Positions 29,389-39,319 are shown, counted from the stretch's first letter. The stretch: DNA of 64,000 bases from Candidatus Liptonbacteria bacterium (GCA_016867315.1 VGJV01000001.1:34863-98862); one strand, 5' to 3'. Made by a program: numbers and translations. Notes: a model not told the origin generated them from the letters alone.

Positions 29389-30683
29389 CGTCCGATACTT
29401 ATATAGGTTATTCCCGCCCCTTTTATTTCTTTTTCCTTATCACACAAAATATTTTGCGCGTCGAAGAGCGCGGGCTGTTTCATGACTGACTGGAGTTTCG
29501 CAAAATCCAAGGTTTTAAAGTCTTTCGAGGGGGTTATAATAAGCACCGCATCCGCACCCTCGGCGGCCTCGTAGGCATCTTTAAAGAACGGGGAAGGGGT
29601 TACTGCTTTTACCTCTTCCGGATTTGCAAGCGGATCATAGAGTCGGAACGAGGCGCCAGCTTCCCGAAGCATTTTTTCCACTTCAAGCGCCTGCGAGCGC
29701 CGAAGCGTGGGAGTCCCGGCTTTGTACGTAACTCCCAAGAGCGCAATTGTTTTTCCCCTCACGTTTCCTCCCCACATTTCTTCTAACCTAGTTTTTACTA
29801 ATTCATTTCTTACACGATTCTTTTGGAGCACTCCTTGAATCACCGGCAAAGGAAGTTTTTCCCGTTCACCAGCATGTATTAGTGCTTTAAGGTCTCGTGC
29901 GAGCGTACCTCCGGAGAATCCAAGCCCTGCAAAGAGGTATGCCTTGGGTCCCACCCGAGGGTCGGACTTCAAGGCCCTGATCACATCTTCAATATCGCCG
30001 CCCATTTTCCCCGATACATCCGCGAGATCATTCGTGAAACTAATGCACGTCGCCAAAAACGCATTCAGGGCATGTTTCGCCATTTCGGCCGAAGGTACGG
30101 ACATCGATACTATTTCCACTTTGAGCGGAGCGAAAATCTCCGTTGCGCGCGCCAAGGCTTCCGAGGTATCCCCTCCCAGTACCACCCGACCGGGTTCGAG
30201 GAAACATTTTACCGCATCTCCTAGCCTCAGATTCTCCGGAGAATATACATATTCGAAGTGCAGTTCCGGACGAGCGGCGCGAATCAACTCACAAAGTTTT
30301 TTAGAGGTGCCTACGGGCAATTGGCTCGAAACTCCTACGAGCACATTGTCTCGAAGGAAAGGCGCGGCTTTCTCTACCGCTTCTACCACCACGGAGATAT
30401 CCACTTCATCTTGATCGTCTACCGGCGTGTCGAAAGTAATCCAAATTGCGTTGCAATCTTTCAAGGCCAGCCAGTCGGAAGAATATGCGAGCGTGCCTGC
30501 GGTGCGGTGCTTCTCGATAAGTTCCGTGAGGCGAGGCTCTGCAAGAGGAGGAATATTTTTATTAAAATTCGCGATGACTGCCTCGTCATCGCTTACACCC
30601 ACCACCGAATGCCCTGCTTCCGCAAAACCTGCCGAATACACTTCGCCCAAATGCCACAACCCTATCACCCCTATTTTCACCAT
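29385..30683 (-). CDS. nucleotide-sugar 6-dehydrogenase family protein (UGDH-like) lacking the catalytic cysteine; start moved to MVKIGVIG
   Basis: SDPRVGPKAYLFAGLGFSGGTLARD aligns to the UGDH GFGGSC(F/L)PKD active-site region with Cys->Thr, Lys->Arg; N-terminal glycine motif reads GVIGLWHLG. Confidence 0.65.
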   Translation of the reverse strand: MVKIGVIGLWHLGEVYSAGFAEAGHSVVGVSDDEAVIANFNKNIPPLAEPRLTELIEKHRTAGTLAYSSDWLALKDCNAIWITFDTPVDDQDEVDISVVVEAVEKAAPFLRDNVLVGVSSQLPVGTSKKLCELIRAARPELHFEYVYSPENLRLGDAVKCFLEPGRVVLGGDTSEALARATEIFAPLKVEIVSMSVPSAEMAKHALNAFLATCISFTNDLADVSGKMGGDIEDVIRALKSDPRVGPKAYLFAGLGFSGGTLARDLKALIHAGEREKLPLPVIQGVLQKNRVRNELVKTRLEEMWGGNVRGKTIALLGVTYKAGTPTLRRSQALEVEKMLREAGASFRLYDPLANPEEVKAVTPSPFFKDAYEAAEGADAVLIITPSKDFKTLDFAKLQSVMKQPALFDAQNILCDKEKEIKGAGITYISIGR

Positions 30684-30690
30684 AAGATAT

Positions 30691-31419
30691 TTAAGCTTCG
30701 TATAACTTGTAACCGACTTTCTCACCGTCCTCGTAGAACATCTTTACCGTTTCCTGCGAAAGTGTGTACAGATCATAATCCAACTTTTCTAATTTTTTCA
30801 AAATATCCGGAGTTACCGTTACGATGTGGCAACCCATTTTTTCAGCCTGGAGAATATTCAGAAGCTCCCGTGTGCTCGCCCAAAGAAGTTCCGCGACGGA
30901 ATTCGATGCTAGGATTTTTTTTGCCTCTTCCATATACGGCAACGGATCTCTTCCGGTATCCGCGATCCGGCCAGCAAACACCGAGACTATAGAGGGCACC
31001 TTCGGAGAAAGCACCGCGGCCACTTCTTTTACCTGCTCTACCGTAAGAATTGCGGTTACATTTACTTTCACTCCTTTCTCCACGAGTTTTTTAATCAACG
31101 GCGCAGAGGATTCTTTCTTGGTGTTCATCACTGGAATTTTCACGTAGACATTGTTCGCCCAGGAATTGATGAGCATAGCCTGCCGCTCCATCTCCACAAA
31201 ATCGTCGGAGAACACCTCAAAAGAAATGGATTTCCCGGTAATCGAGGCGAGTACGTCTTTCGCAAAAGCGGCGTAATCGGTTACTCCTGCTTTCCGCATG
31301 AGCGTGGGATTCGTGGTGAGCCCCTGGATATACGGCTTTGACGCAAGCTCCACCATACTTGCCTTCTCGGCGCCATCCGCAAAAATTTTTATGCGTAACT
31401 CTTCAATTTTCCTACTCAT
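30691..31419 (-). CDS. tal: transaldolase / fructose-6-phosphate aldolase family (short form)
   Basis: TTNPTL motif, Schiff-base lysine region VYVKIP; about 240 aa. Confidence 0.8.
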   Translation of the reverse strand: MSRKIEELRIKIFADGAEKASMVELASKPYIQGLTTNPTLMRKAGVTDYAAFAKDVLASITGKSISFEVFSDDFVEMERQAMLINSWANNVYVKIPVMNTKKESSAPLIKKLVEKGVKVNVTAILTVEQVKEVAAVLSPKVPSIVSVFAGRIADTGRDPLPYMEEAKKILASNSVAELLWASTRELLNILQAEKMGCHIVTVTPDILKKLEKLDYDLYTLSQETVKMFYEDGEKVGYKLYEA

Positions 31420-31427
31420 ATTTTAGT

Positions 31428-32414
31428 TTAGAGATCTACCAGCACCTTAGAGCCCTCAAAGTCGAACCGATAACTCATTTCTCGCAAACCAAATTGCTTC
31501 ATCGCTGCCCGAAATTCCCTGTGCTTCTCCGGTACATAGAAAGTGAAAAATCCTCCCCCTCCCGCACCAGAGATTTTCCCCCCCAGCGCTCCCGCAGCTT
31601 TCCCCGCGTCGTATATTTTATCGAATTCCGGATTTGAAACTTTGCTTGACGTGCGCTTTTTGTGCTGCCAGTGTGCATCAAAGAGCTTCCCCACTTCGTC
31701 TACATCGTCCGACTCCATAGCTTCCAGTATTTGCTGGCCAATTTCTTTTATATAATGCATGCTCTCAATCACATCCTTCGCTTCTTCCTTCATCCCCTTC
31801 GATTGCTCGGCAAGCACTACATCCGCACTGCGCTTCACTCCCGTGAAAAACATAAGCATGTTTCGATTCAATGTATCCGCGGTAATTCGCGAAACATTCG
31901 CCTTGCGCACTTTCACGCTGCCGTCTTTCGCAATATCTAATACTGTAAGTCCTCCGAATGCCGCCATATAGGGGTCCTGCTTTCCTATCGGCCGGCCCAT
32001 TACCTTATTCTCAATCGTAAAATCTTCTTCTGCGAGCGTTTCCTGAGGAACATACTCCCGCTTCAATGTGTGTAAGGCGTGGAGTACCGCCACCGCAAAA
32101 CAACTCGAGGAGCCAAGTCCCGTCCCCGCGGAGACATCCGCCACCGTCGAAATTTCGATCTGCTTTTCGATACCTATAAGTCGCAAAATTTCCCGGAAGA
32201 GGCCATGTTTCACTTCGTTTATGCTTGCGACGTATTCCGCCTCGCTGTATTTCAGCCGAATCAGATCATCTTCCATCGGGCGGTTTACGCTCGCGAACAT
32301 ATATTTGTCGATTCCCGCGGAGAAAATAAACCCGCCGTGTTTCTCATAGTATGACGGCAAGTCCGTTCCTCCTCCTCCTAAGGTTACCCGAAATGGGGTG
32401 CGTGTAATGATCAT
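31428..32414 (-). CDS. hddA: GHMP kinase, D-glycero-alpha-D-manno-heptose 7-phosphate kinase-like
   Basis: GHMP motif SAGTGLGSSS, N-terminal TPFRVTLGGGGTD. Confidence 0.7.
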   Translation of the reverse strand: MIITRTPFRVTLGGGGTDLPSYYEKHGGFIFSAGIDKYMFASVNRPMEDDLIRLKYSEAEYVASINEVKHGLFREILRLIGIEKQIEISTVADVSAGTGLGSSSCFAVAVLHALHTLKREYVPQETLAEEDFTIENKVMGRPIGKQDPYMAAFGGLTVLDIAKDGSVKVRKANVSRITADTLNRNMLMFFTGVKRSADVVLAEQSKGMKEEAKDVIESMHYIKEIGQQILEAMESDDVDEVGKLFDAHWQHKKRTSSKVSNPEFDKIYDAGKAAGALGGKISGAGGGGFFTFYVPEKHREFRAAMKQFGLREMSYRFDFEGSKVLVDL

Positions 32415-32420
32415 GTTGGT

Positions 32421-33347
32421 TTATTTAATATTACCTTTTTTGAATTCTGCCTTCATCCAATCCACCTGCGCTCGAAGCCCTTCTTCGAGGGATGTCTTCG
32501 GCGCCCATCCTAATTTTTTCGCCTCACTCCAGTCGGCGAGCGTGGCCACTGGAGGGTCCTCTGCTCCGCGAGGTTTCATTATTGGGTCTGGAGTTACACC
32601 CATAACTTTTACGATCGTGTCATACACTTCTTTTATAGAAGTGGATTCCCCACTTCCGAGGCGGAACATTTTGTTTTTCACTCGATCGTCCGAAAGGCAT
32701 AACATATGAAAATCATTTATATCATCCACATATACAAAATCTCTTTTGTTTTCGTCGTCTCCTTCAAAAATTACCGGTTGCTTCCCTTTCAAGAACGCAA
32801 TAATGAGCTTACTCATTACGGGCGGAGATTTCCGGCGATAATCTTGGCGCGGGCCATACAAATTGAAATAGCGGAGGCTCACAACGTCCATCTCAAAAGC
32901 CGCCCGGTATCCTTCCGCAATCCGAGCATCCGTGAGTTTGGAAATGGCATAAAACCCTTTGAGGCGCTCATCGCCCTCTTCCACTGCCGAAGATTCGGCA
33001 TACATCGTGCGGGGCACATTCGCCAGTCGCGCCGCTTCAAATACGTTTGCAGTACCCGTGACATTTATATCCATCGTCTCTACCGGATCCGCTTGGCAGT
33101 CGGGCAGGCAATTCTTTGCCGCGAGGTGAAACACCCGATCAATCCCCTTGAAAAGCGGATATATATCTTTCGAACGAATATCGGCTTTATGGAATTCCAC
33201 TCCGCCGGGCACCTGATCTTTGCGGCCGCACTCAAGATTGTCGATCCCTACTACGCGATGCTCTGCGGCAACCAAACGATCCGCCAGGTTACTCCCAATA
33301 AACCCTGCCACGCCGGTTATTAACACATTTAATTTCCCTTCGCGCAT
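32421..33347 (-). CDS. NAD-dependent nucleotide-sugar epimerase/dehydratase (SDR extended)
   Basis: ITGVAGFIGSNL, YAISK (YxxxK). Confidence 0.8.
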   Translation of the reverse strand: MREGKLNVLITGVAGFIGSNLADRLVAAEHRVVGIDNLECGRKDQVPGGVEFHKADIRSKDIYPLFKGIDRVFHLAAKNCLPDCQADPVETMDINVTGTANVFEAARLANVPRTMYAESSAVEEGDERLKGFYAISKLTDARIAEGYRAAFEMDVVSLRYFNLYGPRQDYRRKSPPVMSKLIIAFLKGKQPVIFEGDDENKRDFVYVDDINDFHMLCLSDDRVKNKMFRLGSGESTSIKEVYDTIVKVMGVTPDPIMKPRGAEDPPVATLADWSEAKKLGWAPKTSLEEGLRAQVDWMKAEFKKGNIK

Positions 33348-33365
33348 TCCGTTATCCTACTCTCC

Positions 33366-34325
33366 TCACCCCCTGCTGTCTACCGGAATGAAAAGGTTCT
33401 TTTTCTTAAGATTCCACGCCTTTTCCACTACAAATCTAGCGAGCTTAGAGGGAATTAGACTCCCTATTCCGCACCAGAAACTTCCTCGGCTCCCTGGGAG
33501 CGCTTTGCGGAGCATGGCACACCCCTCGGTTTTTCTTCCCATCGCTAAGTAAGCAATCGCTAAGCGTAGCCGCCGCTTTGCGAGAATACGTTCCATTCTG
33601 TATTTCTGCTTTTCTTCGGCAGACATATGTGCATGCAGGTTCTCAAAAATCTTCACCGCGGATTCCTGGATAGGTACTTGGTTTTTGAAATTCGTATTGT
33701 TGTCCCAGCGAAGCCTATAGCGCACAAGATCTTTCGGTAAAAACCCGATCTTATGTCCCGCGTGGGCCATGCGAAGGAAATAATCCCAGTCCTCCACCAT
33801 GCCCAGGGATTCATCATATCCACCTAATTCGCTAAACACCGATTTCCGAAACATGAGCGTCGTGTTCGTGATGAACATTCTCTTCAAGAGCTCCTCAAAA
33901 ATATCTCCCGAGTAAAACGTGTATTTATGGCGATACAACTTCTCCGGACGGCCGTCGAAGAAGTATCTCAAATCACAATAGACTGCGGCATATTCGGGGT
34001 TTTGATCCAAGAAGGCGGCTTCTTCAGCCACTTTTTCTGAGAGGTATACGTCGTCCGAATCAAGGAACGTCCAATACTCTCCCTTGGCCTCCTTAAAGAG
34101 CCTGTTTCTTCCCTCTTTGATCCCAAGGCGGACCCCTGGGAATATCGCCCGAATCCGCGCGTCCCGATGAGACTCTATTATTTCTTTGGTTTTATCCTTC
34201 GAACCACCATCTACAATCACCACTTCAAAATTAGGGTATGTTTGCGCAAGCGCCGAGCGCAGTGCTTCCTCAATGTAACGCTCGGAATTGAAGGTGGTTA
34301 TAAGAATGGAAACTAGGGGTCTCAT
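33366..34325 (-). CDS. glycosyltransferase family 2
   Basis: VSILITTFNSE, VVIVDGGSKD, FLDSDD motifs. Confidence 0.8.
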   Translation of the reverse strand: MRPLVSILITTFNSERYIEEALRSALAQTYPNFEVVIVDGGSKDKTKEIIESHRDARIRAIFPGVRLGIKEGRNRLFKEAKGEYWTFLDSDDVYLSEKVAEEAAFLDQNPEYAAVYCDLRYFFDGRPEKLYRHKYTFYSGDIFEELLKRMFITNTTLMFRKSVFSELGGYDESLGMVEDWDYFLRMAHAGHKIGFLPKDLVRYRLRWDNNTNFKNQVPIQESAVKIFENLHAHMSAEEKQKYRMERILAKRRLRLAIAYLAMGRKTEGCAMLRKALPGSRGSFWCGIGSLIPSKLARFVVEKAWNLKKKNLFIPVDSRG

Positions 34326-34359
34326 AGGAGTCCCGTAAGGGATGCTTTCACCTTACCTT

Positions 34360-35328
34360 TTAGGCACTTCGGAACACAAGAGCGCGGCGGGCGAGCCTTA
34401 TTTGGCGCAACAGCCTGCTTATAAGCCGCGCAGGAAGCAGCTCGAAAGGCGTCCAGGCCAGTACCGCGAGCAACTTCCCTTGGGGGCTTCCTCCAAACGC
34501 CTCCAGAAAATGAGCGCGGGCTTCCTTTTTTCGTCCTGCAAGCAAGTTCGCAAGCGCCACCTTGATGCGGAAACTCCAGAGTAAATATGAAATTCCATAA
34601 CGTTTTTGCTCTTCTTTCGAAATTTTTTCTTTGAGAAGTTCGAGGCCGCGAAGCGCCATGAGCTTCGCGAGAGGTTCATACGATATTCCCCTCGCACACT
34701 CCGCGCCGCATAGGCGAATTTTCACTAGCGGCATATTCAAAAATTCGATCTGCGCTCCCCCATAACTCGTCCGCAGCCAAAACTCCATATCCTCCGCCAA
34801 TGACAGCGCCTCATTAAATCCTCCCGCGCGCACTAGAAATTCTTTTCGAGCGAGGACTGTGGAAGGAGCGACAAAGAAATTACGCAAAAGGTTTGGAAAT
34901 ACTTCTTTACCGGAATAATACTTGTACTGGAGCCTGAAAAGCTCTTTCGGTTTATCTTCCGCGAAGTGGTAAGGAGCGCAATAGGACACATCCGCAGCGC
35001 TTTCTTCAAAATATTTCACTTGCTCCGATAGTTTTTCAGGGAGGAAAATATCCGTAGCTTCGAGGAATGCAACATATTTACCTTTCGCAGCCGCAATTCC
35101 TTTATTCCATGCGACGGCCCTACCCGCAGAGGAGGTGATGTAATGAATTTGTTTCGTTCGCAAGTAAGGAGTAAGGATTTCTTTCGCGTGCCCGCCTGCT
35201 TCTTCCTCTATTACGATTATTTCTTTATTCGGATAGGTCTGCAGAAGTGCAGAATCCACGGCCTCTCTGATAAATCCTCCCTGAGTCGAAGATGGAATAA
35301 GAATGGACACCAATTCTTTCATGCCCAC
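34360..35328 (-). CDS. glycosyltransferase family 2-like
   Basis: VSILIPSS, QTYPNKEIIVIEE, degenerate DXD (EATD). Confidence 0.65.
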   Translation of the reverse strand: MGMKELVSILIPSSTQGGFIREAVDSALLQTYPNKEIIVIEEEAGGHAKEILTPYLRTKQIHYITSSAGRAVAWNKGIAAAKGKYVAFLEATDIFLPEKLSEQVKYFEESAADVSYCAPYHFAEDKPKELFRLQYKYYSGKEVFPNLLRNFFVAPSTVLARKEFLVRAGGFNEALSLAEDMEFWLRTSYGGAQIEFLNMPLVKIRLCGAECARGISYEPLAKLMALRGLELLKEKISKEEQKRYGISYLLWSFRIKVALANLLAGRKKEARAHFLEAFGGSPQGKLLAVLAWTPFELLPARLISRLLRQIRLARRALVFRSA

Positions 35329-35363
35329 ATCTTACCATCCTCCCCCTTCAGGTGCGAGAATCG

Positions 35364-36413
35364 TTATCCCAACCCAATTTTTTTAAATATTTCTCTGAAG
35401 CGGGCTTCGTAGGTGTGCTCTTGTAAGGTGCGCGCATATCCAGCCTCCCTTATTCGCATTCTTTCTTCTGAATGTCCCAGGAAATACTTTATTTTTTCGA
35501 TGCATTCAGGGGGAGTTTTGAAAAAAACCATCTCCTTATCAGGTTCATAATACTTTTCTATGCCTTCTACGTAGCTCGAGAGCGTGAAGGCGCGTGAGCC
35601 GGCGAGCTCAAAGGGCCTGGCGTGAATGTGAGGAATTTTAAAATGCATCCAGCTCTTAAAATTGTCTCTGAAGTGAAAATCTGGAACCACTTCATTCAAA
35701 GATTTTTTCAGGAAAAGACGGGCGAGTACTTTTGGATGCGTGAGCGCCGGCCGATCCGCAATATTCAAATTTATCTTGCTGTGTGCAAATATTCGGAGAA
35801 GTTCCTCATGAGACACGCGTCCTCCGGGCCAGCCCACTCCAAATGCTCTCACCTCTATTCCCACCTCCGCGAGGATTTTAAACAATCTCGCGCGGGGAGG
35901 TTTATATTGCCCCACAAAACTTACGTCTATATCTTGGGGTAGATTTTCTATAGGATAAAAATCTCGCGTGTTACAGGCCCATTGAGAATGGAATACGTTT
36001 TCTAAACCGCTAGATTTATACCAACCTACCGCCTGCAACGAAGTGGTTACCGCGAGGGATAGCACCGGGGCATAGTGGCGAGAGTAGTTCCAAAAACGCC
36101 AATAATCATCCGCGAACCAGCCTACTATAGGAATATGGAGCTCATCTCTTACCCGGCGGAGCGTCTCGGGTAGGAGCTCATCAGTATGCATAAAGAGGAA
36201 TACGAGTGCGGGCTTTTCTTGCTGTACCGCTTTAAAAAAAGCAGCTTGAAAATGCTCTCGTCCCATCTCCAATATAGGGTCGAAAGGAAATTCGACCACT
36301 TCTATTCCCTCCATCCCTTGGAGCGCCCGGAAGAAGCTTTGATATTCAAAACTCATCCCCCGCCTTTTAGGATCGTATCTCTCTTTTTGCACTCCTCCAT
36401 ATAACACCTTCAT
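35364..36413 (-). CDS. glycosyltransferase, CgeB/DUF3880-like (GT-B C-terminal half)
   Basis: C-terminal ARPFELAGSRAFTLS pattern typical of GT4/CgeB-like transferases. Confidence 0.45.
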   Translation of the reverse strand: MKVLYGGVQKERYDPKRRGMSFEYQSFFRALQGMEGIEVVEFPFDPILEMGREHFQAAFFKAVQQEKPALVFLFMHTDELLPETLRRVRDELHIPIVGWFADDYWRFWNYSRHYAPVLSLAVTTSLQAVGWYKSSGLENVFHSQWACNTRDFYPIENLPQDIDVSFVGQYKPPRARLFKILAEVGIEVRAFGVGWPGGRVSHEELLRIFAHSKINLNIADRPALTHPKVLARLFLKKSLNEVVPDFHFRDNFKSWMHFKIPHIHARPFELAGSRAFTLSSYVEGIEKYYEPDKEMVFFKTPPECIEKIKYFLGHSEERMRIREAGYARTLQEHTYEARFREIFKKIGLG

Positions 36414-37492
36414 GTGTTTTTGAAATATTCGTTAAAAAGGCCGATCATATCCGCCGCAAACTGTTCTTGCGTAAAACGTGCAAATGCTTCGGAGGCCATA
36501 AAGGTATTAATGTTCCGAATATACCCATTGTAGGTTTCTTCGTCCATGGAACTCAAGAATCGCTCCAAGTCTTCCCAATTTTGAAACTTCCGAAAATCAA
36601 TAAAACAGCTTGAAGGGATGTAGTCCGTTATATCAGGAGCCCCCCAATACACGGGGATACAGCCCGCCGCCATGGAGTCAATAATTTTTTCAGTAACCCA
36701 CCCTCCGAAGATGCAGTTCTCGAAGCAGATTGAGAACTTATATTGCTGGAGTACCGGATACTTATCATCAATTGCTCCCCTCCACGCAATACCCACTGCC
36801 CGCCTCCACTCCCTTCCTCGGCGCCCCCACGAGAACCTGATCGGCATATCCCAGCCCACCCCGTAGAGATCGAAGCCTTCTCTTTTCGCAAAATGACGGA
36901 TCGCATCCAAACGATCAATGTAGAGTTCTCGATTTTCAAACGTGGGAAGGGGGTGAATCGCGTGTGCGATCGTTACATATGCTCTTCTCAGAGGATGCAC
37001 GCGCGCATTGCCGCTTATCATAGTGAGGAATTTTCTTTTTGAAAATCCGCCTGGAACTTCCGTGCCTTTCGCATACGGCTGAGGAGAGATAAAACTTCTA
37101 AATTTGGTTCGCGGAGAGGCGAAGGACTCCGCTCCCTTCGGCATCAATGTGTAATCGTAAGGAGCCGTAAGTTTTGCCAAATTCCAATAAAACCTGCAGG
37201 CATATAAAGGATGCTCGAATCCCATCAGAATTGCCGGATGAGCGCCAGCCGCAATTACCTGATCCGCACTGCTTCCCAACGTGGCATTCCGCCACAGAAT
37301 TGACCCAGGAAATTCAGTCGGCTGTGCAAGATAACGATCGGCGGTTATGAGGTCAATACCCTCCTTTTTGCACTCTTCGTAAAGATGGCACATCGCCCAA
37401 CCATGCCGATTGTTTCCAATGTTTTTCCTGTCAAAAAGTTTATTTTCCCGCCCGAGCGGCCCCGCCACATCGAGCACCACGACTTTCCTCAT
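36410..37492 (-). CDS. GT10-family alpha-1,3-fucosyltransferase-like glycosyltransferase
   Basis: YKFSICFENCIFGGWVTEKIIDSMAAGCIPVYWG matches the FucT signature YKFxLxFENSxxxxYxTEK; 4-nt overlaps with both neighbours. Confidence 0.6.
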   Translation of the reverse strand: MRKVVVLDVAGPLGRENKLFDRKNIGNNRHGWAMCHLYEECKKEGIDLITADRYLAQPTEFPGSILWRNATLGSSADQVIAAGAHPAILMGFEHPLYACRFYWNLAKLTAPYDYTLMPKGAESFASPRTKFRSFISPQPYAKGTEVPGGFSKRKFLTMISGNARVHPLRRAYVTIAHAIHPLPTFENRELYIDRLDAIRHFAKREGFDLYGVGWDMPIRFSWGRRGREWRRAVGIAWRGAIDDKYPVLQQYKFSICFENCIFGGWVTEKIIDSMAAGCIPVYWGAPDITDYIPSSCFIDFRKFQNWEDLERFLSSMDEETYNGYIRNINTFMASEAFARFTQEQFAADMIGLFNEYFKNT

Positions 37493-38493
37493 ACCAACGT
37501 ATGATTCACGATCTTCTTCGTCATGATCGGCTCCCCTTTCGGATTTCGAAAGATCACGGGACCTCCCGTGTGCAGCAGCTCCTCCCGCAATTTCATCACT
37601 CGATGCAGGTAGGTTTGATAACCTTCATGCATTTCTTTCCACGCGCGCTCCGTAGAATTCCCGGGATGCTGGCGCGCGAAGACCGCGTAAGAGGGAATAA
37701 AATACGGAAGATACCCCTCAGCACTAAATCTGTAAAAAAATTCCGGGAAATAGCCTATCACGCGACTCCCCTTTTTATATCGGGGCATGCATCGCAGGAA
37801 TACGTCCCTGTGCACAATAAGACTTTGATCGAGGAATGTAAGACCGGTATCCAACCAGTAGAGCAACCAATTTTCTTTTTGCGGAGGGGCCTTGGCTAGA
37901 TTTCTCTCTTTAAACAAGCGCCATTTGAGTTTCGCATGCCGGGAGAAAATGTTATCCAAAATGATTTTCCGCCTCCGCGCGCCTCCAAAAATAAAATCTT
38001 TTATAAGCTGCAGCGCTTTCTTCATAAGACTTCCCGTCATTGTGCCCTGCACCTTCCCTCCTATAAATTGACCATAGTAAAGATCATAGGCGCCAGGAAG
38101 GAGCGTGCCGTCTTCGGCTTTGGATTGGCCCAACCCCCACACGAGCGACACGTTGGGATCTTCCTCAAACACCTTCATGGCTTTTTCGAACCACTGCGGA
38201 TCGAGGAAACCGTCTTGGCCCATGATGTTACAAAGATATTCTCCCCGCATGAGATCAAACATTTTATCGAAGGCGTGCCAACTACATTCATCCGGTTCGG
38301 AATAGACGCGAATTCGAGAATCCCGGGCCGCATATCCTCGAAGAATCTCAAGCGTTCGATCTTTGGATTGGCCGTCCATGAAGATGAGCTCCCAATCCTG
38401 GTACGACTGCGCGAGTACCGACTCTATGGTCTCTGCAACATATTTCTCCACGTTTAATACGGGAGCGAGAATGGAAAGACGCGGGGAGTTCAT
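37489..38493 (-). CDS. glycosyltransferase family 2
   Basis: LSILAPVLNVEKYV, ELIFMDGQSKD motifs. Confidence 0.75.
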   Translation of the reverse strand: MNSPRLSILAPVLNVEKYVAETIESVLAQSYQDWELIFMDGQSKDRTLEILRGYAARDSRIRVYSEPDECSWHAFDKMFDLMRGEYLCNIMGQDGFLDPQWFEKAMKVFEEDPNVSLVWGLGQSKAEDGTLLPGAYDLYYGQFIGGKVQGTMTGSLMKKALQLIKDFIFGGARRRKIILDNIFSRHAKLKWRLFKERNLAKAPPQKENWLLYWLDTGLTFLDQSLIVHRDVFLRCMPRYKKGSRVIGYFPEFFYRFSAEGYLPYFIPSYAVFARQHPGNSTERAWKEMHEGYQTYLHRVMKLREELLHTGGPVIFRNPKGEPIMTKKIVNHTLV

Positions 38494-38496
38494 GGA

Positions 38497-39270
38497 TTAT
38501 TTTCGTTCCGCATATATTACGCTCGTACGCGCATCAAAATCAGTGGAATATCCCGCTTCATTTAAAAAACTTAAGAATTCTTCTATGCTCATTTTCCCAT
38601 GATGCCATTCAAGCGTGATGGTTTTGATCCTAGAGAAAATCTCTCGCGGAGCGTTCATAAGCAACGGAACTTCCGTTCCTTCGCAGTCTATTTTCAAATA
38701 CTCACACTCAAGAATATTGTTGGCCCTAAAGACATCTTCCAACGTAATACATTCCACTTGAAGAGATTTAGCTCCGTGCCCTTCGAGATCAGGAAGCAGG
38801 GTTCCACCTCCTCTATTTCTGTCGTCCCAATATAAGGAAGCGCTTCCCCGATGGTCGCTTACTGCCAATTTCCAGGGTTTTACCCTTTCCTCTAATCCAT
38901 TTTGTCGCACATTTTCTTCGAGCACCGCGAAGTTTGCCGGAAGCGGCTCATACGCATAGACGCGCACCGAAGGTGATACTTTCGCTACTTTTACCGAGAA
39001 CACTCCGATGTTCGCTCCGATGTCGATTACCACTCCCCCGTTTTGCAGTCGAGAGAGAAATCGATCATATACTTTCGTGTTCCAAATTTCGTTTACCGCG
39101 CGGGGATCGGTGGTATTCGTATTTACCGCATACCGAATCCCGTTCCAAAACCGAAGCACAATTTTTTTATCTCGCAGCCATCCAAACCGCTCAAAAAAAT
39201 ATACCCAGGCATTTTGATAGGTACAGAGGGCGAACCAAGCCTCATGGGCTAATCGCAGTATTTTCTCCAT
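38497..39270 (-). CDS. FkbM-family SAM-dependent methyltransferase (start moved to MEKILRL)
   Basis: VIDIGANIG SAM motif; FkbM-like C-terminal region; long ORF N-terminus has non-coding character. Confidence 0.7.
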   Translation of the reverse strand: MEKILRLAHEAWFALCTYQNAWVYFFERFGWLRDKKIVLRFWNGIRYAVNTNTTDPRAVNEIWNTKVYDRFLSRLQNGGVVIDIGANIGVFSVKVAKVSPSVRVYAYEPLPANFAVLEENVRQNGLEERVKPWKLAVSDHRGSASLYWDDRNRGGGTLLPDLEGHGAKSLQVECITLEDVFRANNILECEYLKIDCEGTEVPLLMNAPREIFSRIKTITLEWHHGKMSIEEFLSFLNEAGYSTDFDARTSVIYAERK

Positions 39271-39319
39271 AATGTTCTTTGAAAATCTAACGTATTCCGT
39301 GCTATTCTTCAACCGTTCT

